NCBI GenBank assembly: GCA_038065075.1
Contig: JBBTRQ010000008.1
Location: 11,960-75,959, forward strand
Length of the DNA stretch: 64,000 nucleotides
Origin: Patescibacteria group bacterium
GTDB taxonomy: Bacteria; Patescibacteriota; Patescibacteriia; UBA9934; GWF2-40-263
Reading direction: 5' to 3'
Of the stretch, positions 46,370 through 55,670 are shown one piece after another. The position numbers and the translations under genes were made by a program. How positions within the stretch are numbered: position 1 is the first letter of the stretch; every line of letters begins with the position of its first letter. The notes below the pieces were generated by a model. It did no database searches. It saw only the letters and a program-made list of their open reading frames with translations, and was not told where the DNA came from.

Positions 46370-47071
46370 TCAGCACAGACGCCGGGGCATGAAGTGGGGA
46401 CGCAAGTCGATCGCGGGCGAAGGCCGGGTCGGTGCGATGCACACACGAGCCAGGTCGACAGCCAGGTGGAAGAAGTCGTGCCAGAACGGCAGGGGTTTGG
46501 GAGCGGCCAGGCGTTCACGCAGAGCCGCCCGTTGCGCGGCCAGGCGCTTCTCGTGGAGTCGGCGCTGGTCGTCCTTCCATGCCTCGACGAGCTCGAGGAG
46601 TCTGTGACCGCAGAAGTTGATGATGTCGAACTTCTCGATCTTGGCCGTGATGGCGTGGACGCGCACGCCCAGGAGGTTCTCCGCACCGAAGTCGCGGAAT
46701 CGACGAACGATCGCCTTGATCGCCTCGGCGACTCGACGACCTACGGCGACGAGATCGGCATTGCGTCGGTGAGAACCGATCACCTCGACGTAGAGGCGGA
46801 TGCCGCGGGTCACGGTCGTGAGGCTTCGCAGGGCGAAGGCGAAGATCTTGGTCCGGTGCTTGGGGCGCAGGGTGAGCTGAATCCCCAGATCCGGGCGACC
46901 CCCGCCGGGCGAGACGATGAGATCGAGGAGGTCCTCGATGTCCTCGTGCCCGCGATGCGGCGTACGACGGTGATCGACTCCGAGTTCTGTGAGGCCGTCC
47001 GAGACAGCCTGTTCCAGCACGAGCCCAGCTTTGTACGTTCTGCTTCCGCGATCACTCACGAGACCCTCCAT
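46370..47071 (-). CDS. Hypothetical protein, GC-rich ORF between efp and recA
   Basis: Approximately 233-aa ORF (start at MEGLV). G/C-rich, basic. No secure motif. Confidence 0.3.
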   Translation of the reverse strand: MEGLVSDRGSRTYKAGLVLEQAVSDGLTELGVDHRRTPHRGHEDIEDLLDLIVSPGGGRPDLGIQLTLRPKHRTKIFAFALRSLTTVTRGIRLYVEVIGSHRRNADLVAVGRRVAEAIKAIVRRFRDFGAENLLGVRVHAITAKIEKFDIINFCGHRLLELVEAWKDDQRRLHEKRLAAQRAALRERLAAPKPLPFWHDFFHLAVDLARVCIAPTRPSPAIDLRPHFMPRRLC

Positions 47072-47150
47072 GTCATCGAGTAAAGCACCACAGCCAGCAT
47101 AGCGGCTCAGCCAGCAGAAAGCAAAAACAGGGGACGACCCCTGCTTTACT

Positions 47151-48233
47151 TTACTCAACGTCTGGTTCTGTTCCCGTCTCTGTTTCTACACTTTCCAGGG
47201 CATCTTCTACTTGAGGAGTGAGGATAGCTTTCTCGATGGCTGAGCGGATTTCTTTTTGAAGTTTGGGATCGGCTTTCAATGTGGCCTTGGCATTCTCTCG
47301 TCCAAGCCCGAGTTTTAGCTCGCCGTAGTAGTAGTTGCTCCCGCTCTTTTTGACGACCCCATAGGGGACACCAAGATCGAGTAGATCACCACAGATAGAA
47401 ATTCCTTCGTTGTACATGATGTCGAACTCGCAGGTGCGGAACGGGGGAGCCACTTTGTTTTTTACGATCTTTGCCTTGGTGCGGTTGCCGATGATCTGTT
47501 CGCCTTGTTTGATCTGCGCGGCGCGGCGGACTTCGATGCGCACGGATGCGTAGAATTTGAGCGCGTTGCCGCCTGGGGTTGTTTCAGGATTGCCGAACAC
47601 GACGCCGATCTTCATGCGGATCTGGTTGATGAACACGACGGTCGTTTTGGATTTACTCACGATCGCGGCGAGTTTGCGCAAAGCCTGGCTCATGAGGCGC
47701 GCTTGCAGACCCATGTGAGAGTCTCCCATGTCGCCTTCGATTTCCGCCTTTGGTGTGAGCGCCGCCACCGAATCGATGACGATCACGTCCACCGCATTGG
47801 AGCGCACCAGTGTTTCGACGATTTCCAGAGCCTGCTCTCCGTTGTCCGGTTGTGAGATGAAGAGCTCATCGATGTTCACGCCGATTTTTTGCGCGTACTC
47901 CGGATCAAGCGCGTGCTCAGCGTCGACGAACGCGGCGAGCCCTCCCAGCTTCTGCACCTCGGCGACGATGTGCTGAGCGAGGGTCGTCTTTCCCGACGAC
48001 TCAGGTCCGTAGATTTCGATGATGCGGCCGCGTGGAACTCCCATGACGCCCAAGGCGAGATCCAGCGAGAGACAGCCTGTTGAAACAGCCTCCACTTGCA
48101 TGGTCTTTGCTTCGCCCAGGCGCATGATTGAGCCTTCGCCAAAGCGTTGTTTAATTTGCGAAATGGCGTCTAGCGCCGCCCGAGATCGGGCATCCGTTTC
48201 AACCTCCTTGGTGATTTGTTTGGCCATAGTCAT
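47151..48233 (-). CDS. recA: Recombinase RecA
   Basis: [17 protein letters not shown] (Walker A), L1/L2 loop regions, [11 protein letters not shown]. Confidence 0.9.
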   Translation of the reverse strand: MTMAKQITKEVETDARSRAALDAISQIKQRFGEGSIMRLGEAKTMQVEAVSTGCLSLDLALGVMGVPRGRIIEIYGPESSGKTTLAQHIVAEVQKLGGLAAFVDAEHALDPEYAQKIGVNIDELFISQPDNGEQALEIVETLVRSNAVDVIVIDSVAALTPKAEIEGDMGDSHMGLQARLMSQALRKLAAIVSKSKTTVVFINQIRMKIGVVFGNPETTPGGNALKFYASVRIEVRRAAQIKQGEQIIGNRTKAKIVKNKVAPPFRTCEFDIMYNEGISICGDLLDLGVPYGVVKKSGSNYYYGELKLGLGRENAKATLKADPKLQKEIRSAIEKAILTPQVEDALESVETETGTEPDVE

Positions 48234-48251
48234 TGGTTAGTAGAGGGTAGC

Positions 48252-48683
48252 TTAACAGAGCTTTTTAGAAGCGGCTAGAAGCTGTTTGTCAAAGGTGAGG
48301 ATGGGAGCGCCAGTTACGATTGAGCGCGAAAGGAGAAGCCAGTCGGTGAGGGACATCTTTGGAATAAATTTCTGTTGAGTTGCCAACGTGATGGCGTCGT
48401 TCATCCAGGAAATGGGAGTATCAACAGGAAAGACGTTCTGGTCGATAAGGAAGGTTTCCATGAAGGATCGAATCGATGCTTGCTGGTCTCTATAGAGAAG
48501 GACGGTCAGGATTTCCTGGATGACATGGTCAAGGAGGACGAATGAACTTCCATTACGGTTTAAGTCCTCGACGAGATTTTTTGCTTTCGTGTGTAGAGAG
48601 TCCTCCTCATTGATGAATCCAATATAAATGTTTGCATCAATCAGGTACGGAGTCGCGGCCGATGCCATACGCGATTTCGTCAA
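48252..48683 (-). CDS. PIN-domain toxin (VapC-like)
   Basis: PYLIDANIYIGFINEEDSLH N-terminal PIN motif. 143 aa. Confidence 0.55.
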   Translation of the reverse strand: MTKSRMASAATPYLIDANIYIGFINEEDSLHTKAKNLVEDLNRNGSSFVLLDHVIQEILTVLLYRDQQASIRSFMETFLIDQNVFPVDTPISWMNDAITLATQQKFIPKMSLTDWLLLSRSIVTGAPILTFDKQLLAASKKLC

Positions 48684-48921
48684 TTTTTTGAGTTAAGTCT
48701 GGACCTCCAGAAAATTGGTGCTTCGCCGCTTCCTCCCAGAAGATCCCGGGGTATCCCTGTTTCAGTTCTTGTTTCTGTGCCGACCATGGCGTGAACACGC
48801 CTATGGGTTTGCCATGTTTCATAATGACATACTGTTTAAATGCCTTTCCTGTAACGAGCGTCGCGAAGTTGCGGAGGAAGTCGCGCACCGAAATAGGTTC
48901 GGTTCTAATTTTAGAAGCCAT
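48637..48921 (-). CDS. Phd/YefM-family antitoxin candidate
   Basis: 94-aa ORF immediately upstream of and overlapping the PIN gene, with a Phd-like ..VIMKHGKPIGVF.. pattern. Confidence 0.4.
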   Translation of the reverse strand: MASKIRTEPISVRDFLRNFATLVTGKAFKQYVIMKHGKPIGVFTPWSAQKQELKQGYPGIFWEEAAKHQFSGGPDLTQKIDEIAYGIGRDSVPD

Positions 48922-49084
48922 AGAAAGAGGGGATCATGACTTACCTTTCTATCAAACCAGATTGTCAGATTTTTGTCAAACAATTGTCAGACACTGAGCT
49001 TGTGGTTCGACGGTGCTCACCACGATGAGCCTGTCGAATCGTCGAAGTGAGGATAAGAAAATCGACCCAAGCAAGGGTCGAGGG

Positions 49085-49688
49085 TCACCGGAGTTCTTTG
49101 GGGAGCGTTGAGCCAACGCTCATGAGTTGGTTCTTGCTCAACTGTACGACCTGCCACTGCCCGTGGGTGACGCGGTAGGGGATGTCCAGCGCCTGTAAGA
49201 GCACATGCATGGCACCTGCGTGGCTCACCACCGCTACCATGGGCGTGGTTCCCTCCTTGCGCGTACCGGCGGAAGATGTCCTTCATGGCTTCCAGCATGC
49301 GATAGCGCACTAGTGCGCGCGATTCCCCACCAACGTCTGTGCAGTCGAAGCCAGGGTCGCGTGTGTCGTGATGCAGTTGAGGATAGCGTGTGCGAACTGT
49401 CCCTTTGCGTAGCCCCTCTAGCGCCCCCATATGGAACTCCCGCAGGCGGGAGTCCGTACGCAGGCTTGTCCTCTGGTCATGCGCGATGGGGTTGGCCGTG
49501 TGCACGGCGCGGATAAGGTCCGAGCTCCACACGGCCGTAAGTGACAGCTCGCGTGCGCGGGCAACCAGTGCGTGGACGTATCCTCGGCTTTCAGCGGAGA
49601 GCGGGATATCCAAGTGCCCTTGCAGGCGTCCTTGCGTGTTCCAGTCCGTGGGCAAGTGTCGAAACAGTGCCAGGCGGATGCGCTTCAT
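49085..49688 (-). pseudogene. Histidine-phosphatase (phosphoglycerate-mutase family) gene with internal frameshift
   Basis: N-terminal LFRHLPTDWNTQGRLQGHLDIPLS (RHG catalytic motif) is in one frame. The expected C-terminal VAVVSHAGAMHVLLQALDIPY is in another frame, starting near 49265. Confidence 0.5.
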
Positions 49689-49794
49689 GGTTCCTCCAGT
49701 CTCGTCTGGCGCAACCGTAACGGATGGGTACGTAACGGTCAAGACGCGCGTCACGCTTGCCCTGCGTTCGCGCCGGGGCGTAGCATGGTGGCAT

Positions 49795-50757
49795 ATGGGC
49801 AACACCAGACGTCGCCTTCAATCATTATTTCCCGCTTCGGGACTTGTCGTATTCACTGCCTGCGCGGGGATGCCACCGGGAACCTCGCCGCTCACCGATC
49901 AAGAGCGAGAAGAGGTGGATGCGGTCATTGATGAGTTGGAGGTGGAGATGCCCATGGTAGAGGGGCTGTTGGGCACTGCTGATCCGCTTTTTAATCTTGA
50001 AGGGCAGCCGACCGCCGATAATCATCTTCTTATTGTGGGCGTGGGCGAGGTATTGTTGGATATCGAAGGGATGGTTGAGGCTGACCGTGTCGTCGTGCGC
50101 CAGTTTGAGGAACAACCTCAGGGCATCGAGGCTGTTGCGCGCGGTTCGCGCACGCAGAGCACGCAGGCCGATGACTACATCATCCTCACCCTTTCGTCCG
50201 AGGGCGAACTGGTGCTCACCCCAAGCCTTCTCATGCATGAGGGGACACACTATTTTTTCGGTGCGCACGACTCGACATTTCTAGACTCACACGACCCATC
50301 TATGTCTACGCAAGAGAGCCTCGTCCTTGCCCTGGAGTATCGTGACGCGCCCTACACAGTGGCGCATCTCTACAATGTGGCTGAGACGGCCTATGACGTG
50401 GGCGCGCGGCTTGAGGAGGAAACGCGCGAACTCGCGCAGATGGAGACGTTCACGGGGAGTGACACCGCGGCGTTGCACAACCGTCAACAACGATTTGATT
50501 ACCTGAGTGGATTTTTGCGGTTGGGCCAGGAGGGATGGGCGCAACAGCTTGCTCAAATCCTTTGGTCATCCCAAGCCTCGACGCTGGAGCGGTTTGGAGT
50601 CACGCAGGAGGAGCTTGAAACAACGCTGCGCGCGTCGGATGGATTGTATGAATCCCATCGTGAGGCTGCGCATGAGGCGCTGGAGTTTTGGCAAGAGACA
50701 TTTCCGGAGTTCAGCGAGGAGGCCGGGCGAGAGCGGCGCAGGGAGTTTGGGCGATGA
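49795..50757 (+). CDS. Putative lipoprotein, GC-rich
   Basis: Signal with lipobox-like LVVFTAC. No other motif. Confidence 0.35.
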   Translation: MGNTRRRLQSLFPASGLVVFTACAGMPPGTSPLTDQEREEVDAVIDELEVEMPMVEGLLGTADPLFNLEGQPTADNHLLIVGVGEVLLDIEGMVEADRVVVRQFEEQPQGIEAVARGSRTQSTQADDYIILTLSSEGELVLTPSLLMHEGTHYFFGAHDSTFLDSHDPSMSTQESLVLALEYRDAPYTVAHLYNVAETAYDVGARLEEETRELAQMETFTGSDTAALHNRQQRFDYLSGFLRLGQEGWAQQLAQILWSSQASTLERFGVTQEELETTLRASDGLYESHREAAHEALEFWQETFPEFSEEAGRERRREFGR

Positions 50758-50804
50758 AAAAAGACCCCAGAGGGTCTTCAGGCGAGTAGGGCGATGACGA
50801 AATC

Positions 50805-51110
50805 TCATCGCATGAGGGGGGTGTCCATCTGCTGGCGTCTGGCTTCCAGCTCTGGCGTGTCCAGCGACGCGATGAACCGCTGTCCATCGTCCCGCCAGCG
50901 CGTGAGCGTGGCAAGGCGCGAGTCTCGCCACAGCTTGAGCAGGCGCGTGAGCGTTTCGCGATCGCGGCCATCCTTGCGGTTGTGCAGGATGAACTGCCAG
51001 AGGATCTCCTGTCCGCACACACACCGGCTCTCGCCGCGGCGCAACTCGTGGTAGTCCCAGGCCTTGGGATCCGGCGCCATCGCCTGCGCGATGCGCACCA
51101 CGTGGTGCAC
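50805..51110 (-). CDS. Small hypothetical protein
   Basis: 101 aa with a CxC pair. GC-rich. Confidence 0.25.
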   Translation of the reverse strand: MHHVVRIAQAMAPDPKAWDYHELRRGESRCVCGQEILWQFILHNRKDGRDRETLTRLLKLWRDSRLATLTRWRDDGQRFIASLDTPELEARRQQMDTPLMR

Positions 51111-51165
51111 TGACGGGTTGACTATTCAGAGGTCTCTCAAAGAAAAAGAGACCCGAGGAGGGGTC

Positions 51166-51708
51166 TCAAGCGAGAAAGGCGAGCGCGGTGCCGACGATGA
51201 ACGGCAGGCACAGCGCGGCCAGGAGCGGCCATGGCGTCTTGGCGCTGGCCTGGCGGCCGAGCTTGCGCGTGCCCAGCGTCACGTAGACGACCAGCGTGCC
51301 GGCGATGGCACCTGAGGTGAGGAGGGCCATGCGTGAGGCGGCGATGAGGAGGATGAACTCCGCCGTGCAGAGCAGCAGAACCATGAAGCCTGCACACCGG
51401 CGAACCACCAGTGTACGACCAGGTGGGGATGCAGAAAGTGCGACCATCATTCCTCCGAGCGCCAGGATGGCGTGCGGGAAGATGAGTGTCGTTGGCCTCA
51501 TCTGCATCACGCACACGTCCGCCATTCCCACCCCCATCCCGCAGACGAGCAGGAGCTCGAGGAGCTTCCCATCGAGCACTCGCTCCCCCAGTACCTCGAT
51601 GACGGTGTGGTGGTAGGGGAGGTGGTTCGGGGCGAGGAGGTAGACGAGCCCCACCAATGCCAGGACGGCCAGCGGGACGGCGATGAGGATCTGGGCGGCG
51701 AAGAGCAT
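51166..51708 (-). CDS. Integral membrane protein (5-6 TM)
   Basis: Hydrophobic throughout. GC-rich. Confidence 0.35.
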   Translation of the reverse strand: MLFAAQILIAVPLAVLALVGLVYLLAPNHLPYHHTVIEVLGERVLDGKLLELLLVCGMGVGMADVCVMQMRPTTLIFPHAILALGGMMVALSASPPGRTLVVRRCAGFMVLLLCTAEFILLIAASRMALLTSGAIAGTLVVYVTLGTRKLGRQASAKTPWPLLAALCLPFIVGTALAFLA

Positions 51709-51844
51709 GGAACTTCTCCCTGGGGTGGATTCCCATCAGGCCTCGAAGATGCCCTCGAGGTCTCGTGGAAAGGCCGGTGCGAGGTTTGCGTTCCCCGCAT
51801 CGGCGAGATGTGTTCTCCTGCGGCGAGGAGTGTTGCCGGCTGGA

Positions 51845-52399
51845 TTACTCGCGGTAGACGTGCTCGATCAAGCTCGCCGCACGCAGCGAGATCTTGCCGG
51901 CCTGCACGAGCTCGTCGACGTGCCAGCCTTGCGCGTCGCGGGCGCACCAGTTTGCGTCCCAGCGCTTGCGCCAGCCGTCGAAGTCGATTCCCGGCTTGGG
52001 GATCACGTGGGTGATCGGCAGTGGGTGCTCCATGAGCCAGAGCGAGGCCGAGGCCTCGCTGCAGTGCACGCCCCACCGTACTGCGGGGCGCTTTGAGAGC
52101 CAGAGAGCCTCCGCGTGCTGAAGCGCGGTTGGACAGTCGTTGGCCAACCATTCGTACCGGCCGTCCTTGAACTCGACCTTGATCGGACTTCTTCCCGTCC
52201 GAACAATGGACAGGGACTCGGTCGAGATCCTGGCCGCGATGCGGCTCAAAGTCACGGCTCCCTCCATGCTGGCCGGCCTCACTGGCACGTCCGCCAGCAG
52301 GCGGTGGCGCCCCAGCGTGAAGCTGCCGGTGCCGTCGCCCCTGTACACCAGCGCCATTCTCTCGATTTCGCTGCCCATCCAGATCTCGCTTGGTGGCAT
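51845..52399 (-). CDS. Hypothetical protein
   Basis: 184-aa ORF. GC-rich. No motif. Confidence 0.3.
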   Translation of the reverse strand: MPPSEIWMGSEIERMALVYRGDGTGSFTLGRHRLLADVPVRPASMEGAVTLSRIAARISTESLSIVRTGRSPIKVEFKDGRYEWLANDCPTALQHAEALWLSKRPAVRWGVHCSEASASLWLMEHPLPITHVIPKPGIDFDGWRKRWDANWCARDAQGWHVDELVQAGKISLRAASLIEHVYRE

Positions 52400-52501
52400 C
52401 GGAGTCTCCTTATCTTGTTGATTCCCGGAGCGTTTTCACCGTTCCAAGACGAAAAAAAATACCACGAAAGTGGTATTTGGTCAAGTCTTTATTAGATGAA
52501 T

Positions 52502-53191
52502 TCACTCCAATCGGCTCAATATTCGATCCTCTCCCAGTACGACCCGTCGGTATTCGGTCGTCGATTTGGAGTAGCGTTTTTGAGACTCGATGGCGATCAC
52601 GTTGAGGCCTCGCTCCAGCGCCACGTCCACCTCAAATGTTCCATCTTGCGAGAGGAGTACATCCATCCCGTTCACTTGCACCTGGCTTCCTGTCTGTGCC
52701 TGGCCTGTGACGGTGATGAGAGCCTCCTGCGTTTGAATACCATCTGCCGGGGCAAAGACAAGAAGCTCCGGTGGCGAAAGAATGGCGCGCACTTGAAGTC
52801 CGAGGTATCCAACAATCATGAGTCCGATGAGGCTGAGTGAAAAAACTTTCACCAGCCGGCTGGCGACGAGAAATTGGAACGCTCTGGCACGCGCGCGAGG
52901 GAGCCGCGCGTTTTTTGTGAAGTCGCAGGTTCCGCACTCGCTCTCGAATTGTTCCACGAAGTAGCCCGTGTCGCCCCCTAAAGCTCGGACGTACACCTTC
53001 AGATAGTTACGCGCATAGATGGGGTCGGGGAGTTTGGCATAGTTCCCCATCTCGAAGGCCTGGAGAAAAGACTTTTGGATTTTTGTTTTGGCCGCCATTT
53101 CCGACAACGTTAACCCAGCGGATTTCCGAATCGCCTTGAGCTTTTCCCCCAAGGACTCGCTGTAGTCGAATTTTCGGATGACAAATGCCAT
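52502..53191 (-). CDS. RodZ-like protein (XRE-type HTH plus single TM)
   Basis: N-terminal LGEKLKAIRKSAGLTLSEMAAKTKI HTH, central TM, C-terminal domain. Confidence 0.45.
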   Translation of the reverse strand: MAFVIRKFDYSESLGEKLKAIRKSAGLTLSEMAAKTKIQKSFLQAFEMGNYAKLPDPIYARNYLKVYVRALGGDTGYFVEQFESECGTCDFTKNARLPRARARAFQFLVASRLVKVFSLSLIGLMIVGYLGLQVRAILSPPELLVFAPADGIQTQEALITVTGQAQTGSQVQVNGMDVLLSQDGTFEVDVALERGLNVIAIESQKRYSKSTTEYRRVVLGEDRILSRLE

Positions 53192-53205
53192 AGGGTGGCT
53201 CCATC

Positions 53206-55611
53206 TTATGTTTTGTCCTTGTCTTCTTCAAGCCAGCCGTCATCGACGCTCTCTTCCCAATCAACCGGCTCGTCGTGTGTTTCTGCAGACTCGCCCAGGC
53301 TCTGGCGGGCAGGAAAGCCTGGGGCTACCTCAGTATCTTCTACAGATTCTTCCTCCTCCTTCATATCTCGAGCATACGCTTCATCGTAATCGTTCTGTGC
53401 GGTTGGGGTGCCTTCAGTCATGTTTCGCTCTGGTGGCCAAGAGTCGACCAAGATCTCGCGCGGCTTGGCTCCTGATCCTGGCCCCACGACGCCGACTTCC
53501 TCCATCATGTCGATGATACGCGCGGCACGAGCGTAACCCAGTCTCAACCTGCGTTGGAGAAACGAGGTCGAGGCTTTGCCGGACTCGAGTACCACCTGGA
53601 TTGCCTCCTCAAGCATGTCATCCCCATCGCCAGACGCGCTATCAAACACCGTGCCGGCCTTCGTGATTTCCGTTACCGCCATGTTGTAATCGGGTTCACC
53701 GCGACGGCGTAGATATCGAACCACTTCTTCTATTTCGTCCGTGGAGATGAACGCCCCTTGTAACCGTTTTGGTTTGGCAACTTCGGCGGAGGTGAAGAGC
53801 ATGTCTCCACGGCCCAGAAGTTTTTCGGCCCCCGATTGGTCGAGGATGGTACGAGAGTCTGTTTGTGACGCGACCGCAAACGCGATGCGTCCAGGAACGT
53901 TGGCCTTGATAAGACCCGTGATCACGTCCACGCTGGGTCGCTGGGTCGCGAGTACAAGATGAATACCCACGGCGCGTGCCATCTGAGCGATACGCACAAT
54001 ACTCGCTTCCACTTCACGTCCACTGGCGCTCATGAGATCGGCGAGCTCGTCGATAATGATTACAATGCGCGGCATGCGCTCCTGGGATTTTTCGTTGTAC
54101 CCCTCGATGTTTCTGGCGCCAACTTTCGAAAGCAGATCAAGCCGTCGTTCCATTTCTCGAACCGTCCACTTGAGGGCGTTCACGGTGTCGTCCACGCTCA
54201 CAATCGGCGGCACTAAGAGGTGCGGGATGCCGTTGTAGGCGGTGAGTTCCACGCGTTTGGGATCCACCAAGATGAGTTTCAAATCGTCCGGTCCGTTTTG
54301 GTAGAGCCATGAGACGATCATGGTGTTGAGACAAACGGATTTTCCAGAGCCTGTTGCGCCGGCCACCAAGAGGTGGGGCATTTTCTCAAGCGCGATCGAG
54401 TAGCAGGAACCGGAAACGTCTTTTCCAAGCGGGATGGCGAGCGAGGACTTGCCGATGGCCGTTTGGAACTCCGGTGTTTCGATGACGTCGCGCAGAGTGA
54501 CGGTCGCGACCTTGTGGTTTGGCACCTCAATGCCCACGAGTGATTGGCCTGGGATAGGAGCCTCCATACGCAGAGGGTGCGCGGCGAGGGCAAGGGCAAG
54601 ATCATTTTGCAAACTTACGATGCGGGAGAGCTTCACCCCTTGGGAAGGTCGCAGAGTGAACTGCGTGACTGTTGGCCCCACGGAGGTCTTGCCCATCTCA
54701 ACGTTGATGCCAAATTCCTCGAATGTCTTTTCGATGATTTCTTTGTTGCGTTCGATGTCTCCTGATTGAGCCTTTGAGTTGGAGCGCGCGAGGAGCTTGA
54801 GGGGAATGGCGATCTCGCGACGCTCATGGGAGATGAGCGCGACCTCTTCGCGCACAGGTGTTGCAACGGGTTTGGATTTGAATGCAGGTTCTTCTTCGTG
54901 AGCCTCAGACGGGTCCAATTCGACCAATAGGTCGGATGTTTGATCCAGTTCTTCCTCAATCTCATCCACTTCATCTCCCTCGCCCCCCTCATCTACCTCA
55001 CGGTGCAACCACGCCCCGAACCATCCCGTGAGATGCGAGTGAGCTCCCGTGAGAGATCGCAATGACGTATTAAATGTCAGCAGAACTGAAACCAACAGAA
55101 GCGCGGCCGTGCTGACGACAGATCCCCAATACCCTAAGAAGGCGGAGAGGAGCGTCGCTAAGAATTGCCCGAGGTAGCCGCCCGCAAGGGTCAGATCCGT
55201 GGTGAACGGCTCCGGCCGGTTGACGATAAAGAGGTTCAGGAGGGCGTTAAATGAGAGAAAGAAAAACAGGAGGCCAAGATAATTCCATGTGGAGAGACGC
55301 CCGCGATCGGGATAGGCGAGGGTCGCGCCAAGGATGATGAGGACGATGGGGACGAGGTAGCGATCCAGGCCAAAAAAAGACGAGAGAGCAGAATTGATCC
55401 AAATGCCCACGGACCCGGCGATGTGAAAATAGGAAAGGAAGATCAACGCCGCGGCGGCAAAGAAGAAAATCACATAAATACCGCGCTTGGCCTCAGGATT
55501 GAGGGAGAGGCTTTTGTACGATTCCGATCTTGGGTTCGGTTTCGAAGAAGAACGCTTCTTTTTTCGTGCCATAGTTGTGAGCATTTTATCACAATTGACA
55601 GAAAGGCTCAT
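53206..55611 (-). CDS. ftsK: DNA translocase FtsK/SpoIIIE
   Basis: N-terminal TM helices. HLLVAGATGSGKSVCLNTMI Walker A. C-terminal gamma (winged-helix) region. Confidence 0.85.
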   Translation of the reverse strand: MSLSVNCDKMLTTMARKKKRSSSKPNPRSESYKSLSLNPEAKRGIYVIFFFAAAALIFLSYFHIAGSVGIWINSALSSFFGLDRYLVPIVLIILGATLAYPDRGRLSTWNYLGLLFFFLSFNALLNLFIVNRPEPFTTDLTLAGGYLGQFLATLLSAFLGYWGSVVSTAALLLVSVLLTFNTSLRSLTGAHSHLTGWFGAWLHREVDEGGEGDEVDEIEEELDQTSDLLVELDPSEAHEEEPAFKSKPVATPVREEVALISHERREIAIPLKLLARSNSKAQSGDIERNKEIIEKTFEEFGINVEMGKTSVGPTVTQFTLRPSQGVKLSRIVSLQNDLALALAAHPLRMEAPIPGQSLVGIEVPNHKVATVTLRDVIETPEFQTAIGKSSLAIPLGKDVSGSCYSIALEKMPHLLVAGATGSGKSVCLNTMIVSWLYQNGPDDLKLILVDPKRVELTAYNGIPHLLVPPIVSVDDTVNALKWTVREMERRLDLLSKVGARNIEGYNEKSQERMPRIVIIIDELADLMSASGREVEASIVRIAQMARAVGIHLVLATQRPSVDVITGLIKANVPGRIAFAVASQTDSRTILDQSGAEKLLGRGDMLFTSAEVAKPKRLQGAFISTDEIEEVVRYLRRRGEPDYNMAVTEITKAGTVFDSASGDGDDMLEEAIQVVLESGKASTSFLQRRLRLGYARAARIIDMMEEVGVVGPGSGAKPREILVDSWPPERNMTEGTPTAQNDYDEAYARDMKEEEESVEDTEVAPGFPARQSLGESAETHDEPVDWEESVDDGWLEEDKDKT

Positions 55612-55670
55612 TTCTGGTAATTTTTGCGGTCGTTTCTGACGACACCAACCTTTTCCTGGAGGAAGGCGAC

